Part shown: piece after piece, positions 25,538-37,151 of the stretch
Numbering within the stretch: position 1 is the stretch's first letter
Layout: each line of letters begins with the position of its first letter
Assembly: GCA_026026165.1 (NCBI GenBank)
Contig: JAPEUD010000033.1
Span: forward strand, 1 to 64,000
Reading direction: 5' to 3'
DNA length: 64,000 bases
Source: Sarea resinae
Lineage: Eukaryota
Made by a program: the position numbers and the translations under genes
The notes under the pieces: model-generated
Databases searched by the model: none
Seen by the model: the letters and a program-made list of their open reading frames with translations, nothing else
Told to the model about the DNA's origin: nothing

Positions 25538-25722
25538 AAAAAGCTCAGATACCCCGTCGGGTATCCTACGAAAACCCGGCATCCCGGAATTTTACTCATC
25601 TGAGACTCGAACCAAGGCCCAGGCGAGGATGAGTCCTGCGGACTTTTATGTGTAACGGATGTCTGCGGTGCTGGTTCGCCCCGGCCAAGGAGCACCTCCA
25701 TGCCGTTACACTACTACGGAAC
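25538..25722 (-). ncRNA. Candidate Pol III-type structured ncRNA, family not identified
   Basis: Minus strand: A-box-like TAGTGTAACGG, exact B-box GGTTCGAGTC, three stems, then T5 and T6 runs. Confidence 0.5.
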
Positions 25723-27106
25723 CTCGATTGAAGAAGAGGGTTTGAGCATTGTATTTATCGTTGCGATCTTTGGGTTCAAGGGAGTTTGGTGAGGCCAATG
25801 ACTTTTCGAGGGACTGGTCTACGTCTTGGTGAACCACATTTGGCAGCAGTGAGGGTACATGACCTTCATCCTTATTTATCAGTATACTGTTGATTTCAAG
25901 GCTTACAACATGAAGCTATCACAAACCTCTACTTCTCCACCTCATTCTCACCCCCACAACGTGAAGTCATCACCAAATTATCCACCACCTCCTTTCCATA
26001 TCCCCACCACAAAACGAAAGCCCAACCCACCGCAGAGTCAAAGCAATGAAAACACGAATATAAGGGGTATCATTACATACGCTCATCCATATGTTTACTG
26101 ATCTTTGAAATAGTCTCGCTTTCCCTTGCGCTTCGATGAAGCAAGATCGCAATCCATCCACCTCTCCTATTTCATACGGTCGGGCGCCATTATGCCATCA
26201 TCATCACCATCACCGCCACCACCGTACCCATATCCACTGTACTTCAACCTGTCTCCTTCTGGCAATTTTAACACGAGGTTATCATTACTCTATCTACCTT
26301 ACGCAATCTACCCAACCGCGCTATCACGGTACACAATCACGACACGAAACCAGAATATTCATTCACCATCATGTTTCCACACGCCCAAGACATAATAAAG
26401 GCACCACAACCACCACCTTCGTGGAAGTAACATGAAGCCATCACAAGCATCAAGCACCTACCGTAATTATACCGCCTTCCATTACCACCACAGCCCGTTA
26501 TACGTGATAGAAAAAGAATCTATGTAATCCACCATTGTTATCCTATCGAGCTCGCCTATGATCTGCCCCCCCTTCTTTCCTTTTTCTTCTCATATCCTAT
26601 ACATACCTACCACCTGCCCAATGTCAGACTCACGCACTCAGAGCTCAGTAATACAGACCTGTCATGGGTGTTACTGCTAATCCCACCACCGCAGCTACCT
26701 CATCCGCAAGTTCACACAGACAATTTACACCGCAGGGGCCTAATCATGCGTACTCAAGCAGCGGATGTCTTTTCTACCAATGAATTTTTATGGTCGAGGA
26801 AGTGACGGAGGCGATGTCAAAGACGGCGGTGAGGGGTCCGCAACCAGCTAGAGATTGTAGGTAAAGTCAGTATACAGCATGACACGACATGTCAATAAGT
26901 AGAAATGGTCTTAGTCTTCCGCTCGCGAGCAATACTGCAAATGAAATAAATTTTCTCTATATACCAACCCAGGTCCTTGACAACGCCTCCGCTCCCTTGC
27001 TTGCTGCAACAGTAATATATGATGGCGACTCGACAGAGAGAAGGGAAAAAACAGTACAATAATCCAGAACGATTCTTCATTTGTCCTCTTCCCCGCTCGA
27101 ACAGGC

Positions 27107-28217
27107 TTACTGCGGCGGCTTATAAGGTGTTACCAGCATCTCACTGAATTTCTCCAGCCTCTCCCTGCCGCGCACCTCCTCAACCAGCAATGGCATACGC
27201 ACGACATTGAACTCGTCGTACAACTCCTCGATCTGGTCAAGATATTTCTTCTGCATCTTGCGGCGCGCATTACATTGCTCGCATGGATTATCCTGTTTGG
27301 GAAACAGTAGCTGATTGACCACGATTGCGTGCGTGTCGATCTCGTAGCTATTCAATTCCTGGATCATGCGCTCCGTCTCATACAAGCTCAGAAACTCGGC
27401 GATGCAGACGCACACAAACGTCGTCATGTCTGCGTCTTTGAATTGCGTGTTCACTTCCGCGATGGTCTCGCGGAGCGATTCCATCTTTTGGAGAACGTCG
27501 TCGAGGTTTTGACCATTGGGAAGACCGCCGCGGGCGCCTAGAACGGTGTTGAGCATTGGGCCGAATTGGGTGGATAATTGGGAGAGTTTTGCTAGTGCTT
27601 TTTCGAGCACAGTGGGGAATTGTAGGAACCGTAAAGTGTGGCCGGTTGGAGCGGTGTCGAAAATGATGCAGCTGTAGGAGAGTGACTTTACTTGTTTTAG
27701 CACTTCCGCGAAGGACATTGCTTCGTCGACACCAGGAATCTGCATGCCGAGGATATGTCAGTGAATGCTGCTACTTCGGGTTCTCAACTCTGAAAAAGAT
27801 GAAACAAGATATGGGGAGGCGTACGCTGAACGCCAAATCCTGCATCATATTCCCCATGCCCCCCATGCCCGCCATCGCCTCATCAGCCCCATCCCCACCT
27901 GCAGCAAGTAAGTCCTGGATGCTCCCGTTGGGGTCAATCTCCATGGCAGATAGGTTGTCGAAGCCGTCGACGAGTCGAGCATCTTTGCCAAACTTCTGAC
28001 TGAAGGCATCGCTGAGGTTGTGGGCAGGGTCGGTTGAGATGAGCAGCACAGAGTCGCGCACTTTTGAGAGCTGGATGGCGAGGGAGCAAGAGGTGGTGGT
28101 TTTTCCGACGCCACCCTTACCACCCACAAAGATCCAGCGAAGGGATTTCTGGTCGAGAATCGATTGGAGGGTGGGCGCCATTACATCGTCGTCTGCGTCG
28201 ATGAGGGCGGAGGCCAT
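27107..28217 (-). CDS. GET3: Get3/ArsA ATPase (tail-anchored protein targeting), 2 exons
   Basis: [42 protein letters not shown] motifs. Confidence 0.96.
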
Positions 28218-29015
28218 CTTAAGCGTGTGATTTTGTTGAGAAGTGCCGGATGTGTCTGATAGGGCTGGAGATTTCAGGCTATCTAGCTTGAAGGTGCACG
28301 GCCGGAGTAGGGGCGGCGCAAAGAGTTTGAGGTTTTTGATAGTTGCTGGTGAGTTCCAAGTTGGAAGCAAAGCAGGTTCCTAGGCGTTGTATCGTCGTGT
28401 GAAGTGGTGACCGCAATAGATGTTTACCCGATTCGAGAATATTCGTGACTGGCGAATGAATACTCCGTAGACCCAATGTGGTATAAAGCTCCACCACCAC
28501 TGATGGCGGGGCCTCTCGAGTACTCCCGAGTACTCGAGATCGTCCATCTTCAGTAACGTCCCTATACGGCTATTGCCATCAGATAACTCTGCAAAATATA
28601 ATATCTTACTTAGGATTTCTCGGGCTTGTCTCTTTGACAATGCAAAGCTCTTATGTGACTTGCTCAACGTTCCCTTGCTGCGGCACGAGCGACTGGAGAT
28701 TGATATTGTTAATGCAAGCGCAGATTCGGTGATCGGCCGCATCCGACACTTGTGACCGCGGATGTTTACGCGCTGTTGATAGATAACTTCACCACGCCCA
28801 GCTCTCATCTATGGATGTTCAGGCATCAGCTTATCTCAATACTGCTGTACGGAATCATAATTCTCCTTTCTCTACCAAATCTCCAATCCAATCGCGCCCG
28901 TTCGAAACTAAGGCCCTCCACCCTCCACCTAACTCCCGCGAGCATCCTAGCAGGCGATCACCAGAGCTACCCCTCTAACCCTCTACCCCTCATCCATCCA
29001 TCATCAGGGCACTCA

Positions 29016-29659
29016 ATGCCATTGATCCCTTCAACGGTCATCACAACAGCACGTCTTTCAGCGCTATCATCACACATCTCTTTCCAGCATCTATCCAGCT
29101 CTCCGCCTCTGCCTCCAACTTCCTCTGCCTCCCGTAGACGTATCGCATCGATGGCAACCGCAACGGCAACCGCAGAACGTCCTCCGATAACCTGCCACGT
29201 CCTCGACACCAGTACTGGCCGACCCGCACCTTCCGTCTCAGTCAATCTTACCCTCATCCATACGGTCGTTCCCAACTTCAGCGGGCCAGACAAACAGTTC
29301 TCATACAGGGCGGAAACCAACGCTGATGGTCGGGTGACGGCTTGGGAGCCTTCTGCTACTGTGCGGAAACTCGTTGACGTATGTAAAGAAATTGATGATG
29401 CAAACACCAGTGCAACTTGGGCGTTGAAGTTCGACACGGGTAGCTATTTTGGGGAAGACAATACGTTTTTTCCCGAGGTAGAGGTCAGATTCCTGGTCAA
29501 GCCGAGGAGTGGACACTATCATGTACCATTGTTACTGGTGAGTTTTCTTTGCCCGTTCCATACGACCCGCCTTTGGCGATAAGTAATGGAGGATGAGTTG
29601 GCTCACGAGGTTTGTTGCGAAAGAGTCCTTATAGTTACACGACGTACCGAGGGAGTTGA
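29016..29659 (+). CDS. 5-hydroxyisourate hydrolase (transthyretin-like); intron 29538-29623; second in-frame ATG at 29151
   Basis: PITCHVLDTSTGRPA, FFPEVEVRF, HYHVPLLL|SPYSYTTYRGS*, ending in the YRGS signature. Confidence 0.92.
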
Positions 29660-29826
29660 AGCGGGACTTTGATTGTCGACCTCTGAGGGCGAAACTAGGA
29701 TGGCTTTTAATGCGGTATTTTCTAGTACTAGGCGGATTATGCAATAGAACATGCGCTTTGAATGAGGCAATGGAGATCTCGGAGTCGAGGAAATTGATCT
29801 GGGTGACCTTGATCTCTTCTACCACA

Positions 29827-31463
29827 TCATCTCGGTCTATGTCTTTTCGCAGGTCTCCTAACGCTTCCCTCCCCGTCGAAATCAAAGACATATCCACCGA
29901 AATCGCCCTCGCCCACGGGCTCTCCGTCCTGCCCCAACTTGACCCTAGACGCAATACCCGCCCCCTGCCCCTTGTACCGAACCTCATCCTCAGTTTTCTG
30001 ATTCCTGACCTCAGGAAACGTAGGCAGCAACTCCCTACTGGTCTCCCGCGGCTGCTCCCTCCACCATCTATCCGCCTCATCAGCAAATTTACTTCGTCCC
30101 TTTCCCAGTGCCTCGCTAGCAGTCCATCTCGCGCCCGGATCCCAACGGAGGAGTCCCGCCAGTACATTGACAGTCTCTTTGGTGGTCTCGGCGAGGAATC
30201 TTCGTTCGAGATTGTCTGCTCTACCTTGGGGCATGGATTGCCTTCGCCAGCTGATAAAGTCTGGACAGCCCATCGCTAATAGCGCGGCCATGTCTTCAGG
30301 CGCGGGACTGCCAATGAGCTTTACTATGAGGGAGAGTTGTTCGATGGGTGTTTCTCCGGGCAGGCAGGGCGTGCTTAATAGAAGCTCTGCAAGGATGAGG
30401 CCGGCGGACCACATGTCGACCGAGGGAGTGTAGTTTTTTGTTCCGAGGAGAAGCTCGGGTGATCGATACCAGATCGTGACGACTCCTGGTGTTAGTGGAC
30501 GGGGTGAGTACTCGCGTGCCATGCCGAAGTCCGCTATTTTTGTAAGTAAGTTCAAATTACCCCCTTTCTAAAGGTGAGCGGACCTAGTTTCAAAACTCCT
30601 TTCGATGTGAGGAGAATGTTTTGTATCTTCACATCTCTGTTGATTTCGCCTTCAGCCCCTTGCACGCAGTGCGACTATTCGCTACCCACCTATGGATGAT
30701 ATCATTTCTATGCAAATACTCCAAGCCCTCAAGGAGTTGTCTAAAGAGACATTTGACTGGTAGATCTTTCAGTGATTGTACTTGCGGTTTCGCGGCATAT
30801 TGACCTACCCTGACTCAAGCCAAAAATGGCCTTGTGCTCATCGATAAGAACTGCCAAATCCTAGGTGGCAAGAAAGCGGCACTCCCCCACCTCGCGGCAG
30901 GGGGTTCAATAAGCCAGAAGGTGTGCCCAAGCTCACGTCATGACCTCAAGCCAAGTAAAATGATGGCCGTGGGGGACCAACCTGCTCCGCGTACTCCATG
31001 ACCATATACACCTCCTCCAATGACCGTTCGCCGACAGCGACATCTAGCACATTGATGATGTTGGTGTGCTTGAGGGACCGGAGAATGGAGATCTCTCGTA
31101 GAGCGGTGATGGGGATGCCATTCTGTCGTTCTTCCGGAAGGATGCGAACTTGTTTCAGCGCAACAATTTTCGAGCTTCGTACATCTCGAGCGCGGTAGAC
31201 GACGCCATAAGCTGAAGTAGGCACTACTAAGCTCAAGCTTAATCAATCAAGGAGAGTGACTAACTTCCTTCACCAAGCTGGTTGAGCTGCTCAAATGAGG
31301 AGATGGATGCACATCGACCTGCAACGAGAATCAGGAGAAGTATGGTACATTACGATGGAATCTCATTCCAACCTAGACAGCTGGGAGCCTGATCGAAGCT
31401 GAGCTCCTGACCCGTGACGGACATCCATCGAGACTGAGTATGCTTTGCGGATTGCTGCTCCAT
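29827..31463 (-). CDS. CDK10/CDK11-like cyclin-dependent kinase, multi-exon
   Basis: QLGEG|YGVVYRA, GIPITALREI, IADFGMARE, VVTIWYRSPELLLG. Confidence 0.88.
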
Positions 31464-32769
31464 GATTGGATCAGATTACATATGGCATCTCGAATTGAGT
31501 AGATGGTCAGCTGAATTGACTATTGAAAGACATCGACTCATGCCTGTGGATATCGACGTGCGGGTTTCACACGAGACAGAATTAAGACGATGATCTGCAA
31601 TGTCGGTCAAGCATCGCATAGAGGAACAAGGCGTCGTGGTTATTGTCGTTGTAGTTTGATAACGCGTGCCGAGTTGGGATGACCTGGATAGGCGAAGCTG
31701 ACGACACTCCTCGGCTCGGTCAGACCAAAACCACCAGGATGACGATGAAGCCTCGGTGGTTGAAATTGCAACACACTTCATGTTGCGATTTACAACAACA
31801 ATCAATTGGGCTCATAACAAAGAGGAAGATGCCGAGAAGTGAGGTGAGGGCATATAGACAGCCAGCCTACCGACTCTGGGGTGGAGACGGCCTTGTGGGT
31901 TGAGCCGCGCGTTCACAACCTCTCGCCCTGGCCCCGGGGGGCGAGGCTGGGTGAGCTAAGGCGGTCAGGTAAACTCTGCTCACGACTCCAGGCATTGACC
32001 TTCTTGGCGTTCTTTGACACTTTACCACGAACAGAGCGACACATCATTGATGCTGTCTGTTCTCGTCATGGCAGCAGCCGGCATTTTCCCGTCAACGTAT
32101 GCAATGCAATCCCCACAAGGGCCCGGCGCCACTCCCGTTGCCGGATACTTCTATCTTTGGGTCGAATGCCTTTCTGTTCATCTTAATTGGTTGTTTGTTT
32201 GCTTTGATCACGACCATTTGGGAGTGCAAGATGCCTTTTGTTTCGTTTCATTCGTCTCTTCGTGGTCTAGTCTTTCTTTTTCTCCGAAGCTTGTCTCCAT
32301 GCTCCTGCAGGTACCATCCTGGCAGCAGCGACGCCTTCTCCAATGACATGTAGGCCATATCGAGCCTGCAATAATGGCTCTACTCAATGATGCTAGAAGT
32401 CGAGGATTTCTCCTTTATGGTAGAGCGTTGATCACTCCTCCATGAAGAAAAGGACGTCCTTTGCACCATCTGTATAGACACATACCTCTCCTATAGAGGA
32501 AAGGTAAAAGCTGATAGCTTACGACTCAGCTGGCGTAATGAATCTCTTTTGCTATGATCACGCCATGATTGGTGAAAAAGGAGTGACGAACTCAACATCA
32601 TCTGTTGAAAGGGCGAGGAGCTGGAATATTTAAGGACAGCAAGTTTCCCTTCCAGATCCTCATCAATTGATCACCACACAATTCCGACCAACACTTGTCT
32701 CATCCAGAAAAATTACTTTGTTGACTTATTTCATCATTTACAAATATCTCTCTATCTCAATCATTCACT

Positions 32770-33531
32770 ATGCTTCCTAAAAATATTCTTGCTTTGGCCT
32801 CAGCCCTGGCGCTGATGGCACCAGCAATGGCTGCTCCGCCTCCACCACACACTACTTCGGTGGCTCCTCTTCCACCGCCGCCTGCTGAGCGCGACGCCCC
32901 CCCTCCGCCACCACCTACGAAGGTGCCGCCTCCACCGCATTCGAAGAGGGATCACCCTCCCCCACCGCCGAAGTCCCCGGCTCCAGTTCCTCCAAAGAAG
33001 GACGAGCGGGACGCCCCGCCGCCCCCGCCACCATCGCACAAGCCTGCTCCGCCGAAGGAGGAGCGTGACGCTCCCACTCCGCCGCCACCTACAAAGGTGC
33101 CGCCTCCACCGCATTCGAAGAGGGATCATCCTCCCCCACCGCCAAAGTCCCCAGCTCCAGCTCCTCCTAAGAAGGACGAGCGGGACGTCCCGCCGCCCCC
33201 GCCACCATCGCACAAGCCTGCTCCGCCGAAGGAGGAGCGTGACGCTCCCCCTCCACCTCCAAAGAAGTCTCCAGCTCCGCCGCCTCCTAAGAAGGACGAG
33301 CGGGACGCCCCGCCGCCCCCACCACCATCGCACAAGCCTGCTCCACCCAAGGAAGAGCGTGACGCTCCCCCTCCGCCGCCACCATCGCCCAAGCCAGCCC
33401 CTCCGAAGAACGAGCGGGATGTTCCTCCTCCTCCACCACCATCGCCCAAGCCAGCTCCTCCCAAGAACGAGCGCGACGTTCCTCCCCCTCCCCCTAAGTC
33501 ATCCGTCCCCCCGCCACCTCCTCAAGTCTAA
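32770..33531 (+). CDS. Secreted proline-rich tandem-repeat precursor (KEP-like) with 12 segments separated by (K/E)R|D
   Basis: Hydrophobic signal peptide then 19-21-aa repeats D-x-P(5-6)...PPK-x-ER or HSKR; intronless; synonymous variation between repeats; AT-rich 5' region. Confidence 0.85.
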   Translation: MLPKNILALASALALMAPAMAAPPPPHTTSVAPLPPPPAERDAPPPPPPTKVPPPPHSKRDHPPPPPKSPAPVPPKKDERDAPPPPPPSHKPAPPKEERDAPTPPPPTKVPPPPHSKRDHPPPPPKSPAPAPPKKDERDVPPPPPPSHKPAPPKEERDAPPPPPKKSPAPPPPKKDERDAPPPPPPSHKPAPPKEERDAPPPPPPSPKPAPPKNERDVPPPPPPSPKPAPPKNERDVPPPPPKSSVPPPPPQV

Positions 33532-36245
33532 ACTCATCTCTCTCGAAAAGGCTGGGCAGCCTACATTTTGATAGGCAAAGTCTAGCTCGAGGATGATGGC
33601 AGTAGCTCCGTTATGGCTACTAGCACATTTGAGCGATGAATATGGGGTTCCAACGAGGTTGGATGTTGTGGGAGCAGTTGTCGATGGCAGTGAGCAGAAA
33701 GCTAAGCAAGTGACTGCTCGACTGTGTGTACAGGTTTCGTTTGTTTTGGGGGCTGGGGAAAATCAAGGACGAAAGCTGAAGCAGCATGCTCATTCGAGGG
33801 AAAACGGATACAGCTATTCCCATCTTCAATGTTTTCCTTCGTTAGCCTCTCATGTCTTAGTTCTTTTGATTTGTCGTCACCTCTGTCCACTCTCTTTGCA
33901 TCTGTTTTGCTACTAAAAAAGGAAAAAAGGGGCGGGAAATGTCGTTTTAATATATTGGTGTAGTCGTTCATTTAGATAGAAAAATTCAATCAGACATTTG
34001 CGCTTCTAAAATTGCGATAAGTCCTGTTGTGCTTACGCGGTGTCCTAACTGTAAGAAATCAGCATTGCCTGGATTTTCAAAAGTCTGCGGTGACCCCTCA
34101 CCCTATAGAAACAGGCACCTTCAGAATTAAGTATTTTTAACAGGACCTTTTTTTTATAAATATCTCGACAAATAATCCGGGAGGCGCGCTGCTATATAGT
34201 AGGCAAATACTAGTAGGCAAATACTAGTAGGCATAGCCCGGACGAGCCGGATCATAGTCGTTTTTTTGGATGGCTCACGTAGGAACAGATCTGCCTATTT
34301 ACTAGACCTGACAGGATAAAGGTTTTGTTTATTTCTGTAGAGTAGTTTTTAGGTTATAGGAGAAGTAAGTACTAAGATCTACCTGAAAAAAGTACTTAAT
34401 TCTAAAGGTATTTTATTAGGCAGCTACTATGCATGTGCACGGCGTAGGCACAGGGCTTCAAGCCTCGATAATAATAATACGCAATCACTGGAGAGCCGGC
34501 AGATCACTGCAGAAAGACGTGATTACAAGTCTCAGGTGTCTCAGGTATAGGACTACCATTACTTGTCGTCTCAACGAGATATCAATCTGCATACTCCGTA
34601 CGAATTGCTCATGAAGCTCTTTTCGCATCAAAGATCATATCCCAGTCTTTACTTCGATGGAACCTTCAGGCTCGGGAGGGATGATTACCATTCTAGCAGT
34701 GTCCGCTTCGACGTGGATCATCTTCAACTTCAGCCCTCAAGGCGAGACCGTTTTGAGATATCATATGCGAAGGCTGCATAAAGAACCCATGAGCAATTTG
34801 TTCGTTTTGGGGCAACCTCAATCACAGCAGCACATAATCTCTTCCCATGACTCGAACGGTTGCGGGGCGGGCACTTGGAAGTCGATGTGGTGTAATGGTG
34901 GGGAGGCGGCAAGGGCGGTGGCGCAGCGAGTTGGCGGGATACAATAAATAATGCGGTGTCGTTTCGCCGATAAGCCAAGGCTCCGTACTTCAGTAGATGA
35001 GGATGACCCACCCCAATACCTTGATCTGTGGTTATCATCAGGACTAATGAAAGGTATTTACTCCATAGAGATGTGATGAAGAGCTTTTATAGAACTTGAG
35101 GTATTACTCTCGTCTTTGGAGGGCCATCCGTGCCATTCCGACGACGACGATGTCTGCTGTCGTCCCTTATGCAAACGCACATGATCAATTTCTTATCGCT
35201 AAGAATGCTGTGAGTTGGGTCAGTGAGGACCACACTAAGGCAAGGCGGCAAGGCGCGAGTGATAGATTGGTGTGGGATGGAAGGCATCCATGGATGGCAA
35301 TTGTGAAATGCCTTCCTGCGTGCAACGGGACGTGCGTTCAAGTGGTCGCTCCACCCGTCACCGCCTTTGACGCTATTCGGGCGGTCGCACATACTCCGTA
35401 CGGTAGTAGATCCTTAGCATCGTTAGCTTTCGTCGGGTCAGAGCTGCAAGCACAAGCTGAGGCACCACATAAATGCAAGCATTGCAAGTGTCAGCACGGG
35501 CACGCAACGACTGCAGACAGGCGGCTTGGGAGATTCTCTAGCCAGGCCAATCATCGCGTCTCCCTAGATAGATCTGCCACTCGATTTCATGCCTACCTCC
35601 TGCCTTGCAGACGAGTAGAAGCACCTACCTTACTGCACTGCGCAGGAGTACTACGGATACTTTGTGCTATCGTGGTAGAAACAGTAGTACTCGGAGTACT
35701 CGTACAGATACTCTACTCCGTACCTTACGCACCAATATCTCGTGTTTGAGGAATACGTAACATGACGGGTGTATGTGCCCGCCGATCAATGTTTTGGTAA
35801 TTTCGGATCAAGAGAACAGTGCATCCTCGTGACAGTCGCAATCACTGTGTTAAGGTTGTTACAGCCCAGTTGATATTCCTACGGGGAGTTGGCCTTGACT
35901 CGTAAACGGTAACCCGCATCTACGGGGTAGTGTTGTAGACGGCCGCGGACATCTTCTCCCTCGCCATCATCCGATCTTTGATCACCTTTTCTTCCAAGCA
36001 AGGCCACTCTTCGTGAATACCCCGGAGTACTCGCCAAGGGTCAGTCAGTCACCGCCTCCGAACCCTTCTCCAACCGGCCCCAGCCCCCCAGCATCTGTAT
36101 GGTAGGGTCTTCGTAAGGGACACCTTTAAACCGCCGCCCAATCCTCTTCGTGCGCGCAGTTTTGTTCAAATTACCCTCTTCGGGACCTGACTGCGGAGGG
36201 ACGGGCTGGGAAGGAATTGCCATTTTAAATACCCCATCGATAGTC

Positions 36246-37151
36246 ATGACGCGGAGGATAGTCTACGGTGCCGGCCTGGTGGCCCTTCTTATCGGTGAGC
36301 TCTCCTCTCCCCAGCCTTAATGCGGTGGAAGTTGACCGCTTTGTCTTTTGTAGCTTCGGCGATGACACTCGCCAGCATTATCGTGCCCCGATGGTTGAGC
36401 TATTACGATGGCACGGTAAGTTCTTCATCTTCTATATGAAACCTCGTCGAACATTCTTGGGGAAATGGCGTATGGCGGCCGGGCCGTAGTCTGACAGCTT
36501 TGAGCCATCCGATCCAAATCCCGCCCCCCTCCTTCTCCCCCCCTCACTACTCTCCGATAGAGATGCCGCCTCGCTGAAGTGGCCTTGAGACTTCGCGCAA
36601 TGACTGACTTAAAAGCAGGAGCACGACACCCAAATTCGCTATAGCTACGGCTTGCACAGAAGCTGCTCGTCATTGACCGGCGACTGCAAACACTTCCCCC
36701 AGTACGAGGATTGTCACGGCAAGGACCGATACTTCTGTTCGATGTGGCGATCTGTTGGATTCCTAATGTCGTTCGCCGTGGTGATGGAGGGCGGGAATTT
36801 GATCGCTTTTCTCGTCCTCTTGACCTCAGGAAAGCAGACGAGAGAAACTGGCTGGAAGGTCCTTTGCTTTTTGCTGCTTCTTGCTGCTATGGTACAATGT
36901 GCCAGCATGGCTCTTGTGGTATGTGACGGGATCAATTGGCATCAAAAGGTTCAAGACACTGATGAGAGCACCCTCGGCAGGCCTATCTTTACGATAACGA
37001 CGCGCGATTCTATCTATGGCAACTCGATAGCTCCTGGATTTTATGCACTGTCAGCTGGAGTATCCTCGCTATCACTGCTGCTGGAATCATTGCTGCTGCT
37101 ATCACCCTACCATCTGAAGGTGGATATGAGCTCATCCCTGGGGAGCAGTAG
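36246..37151 (+). CDS. Conserved fungal 4-TM membrane protein (claudin/SUR7-PalI-like topology), ~4 exons
   Basis: MTRRIVYGAGLVALLI|ASAMTLASIIVPRW...YSYGLHRSCSSLTGDC...FCSMWRSVGFLMSFAVV...SWILCTVSW...GGYELIPGEQ*; GT-AG introns. Confidence 0.75.

Noticed and set aside
25538..25722. tRNA, SRP RNA or HDV-like ribozyme identity for the structured element
   Set aside because: No D/anticodon arms, no SRP helix-8 motif or end-to-end rod, and the TCCTCGC loop lacks a convincing nested pseudoknot.
35096..35749. 217-aa ORF
   Set aside because: Non-ATG start, no recognisable domain, and it overlaps intergenic TACTCCGTA-type motifs.
31500..36200. Dikaritin/RiPP cluster around the repeat precursor
   Set aside because: No DUF3328/UstYa, tyrosinase or other tailoring gene recognised nearby, and the repeats lack aromatic residues.
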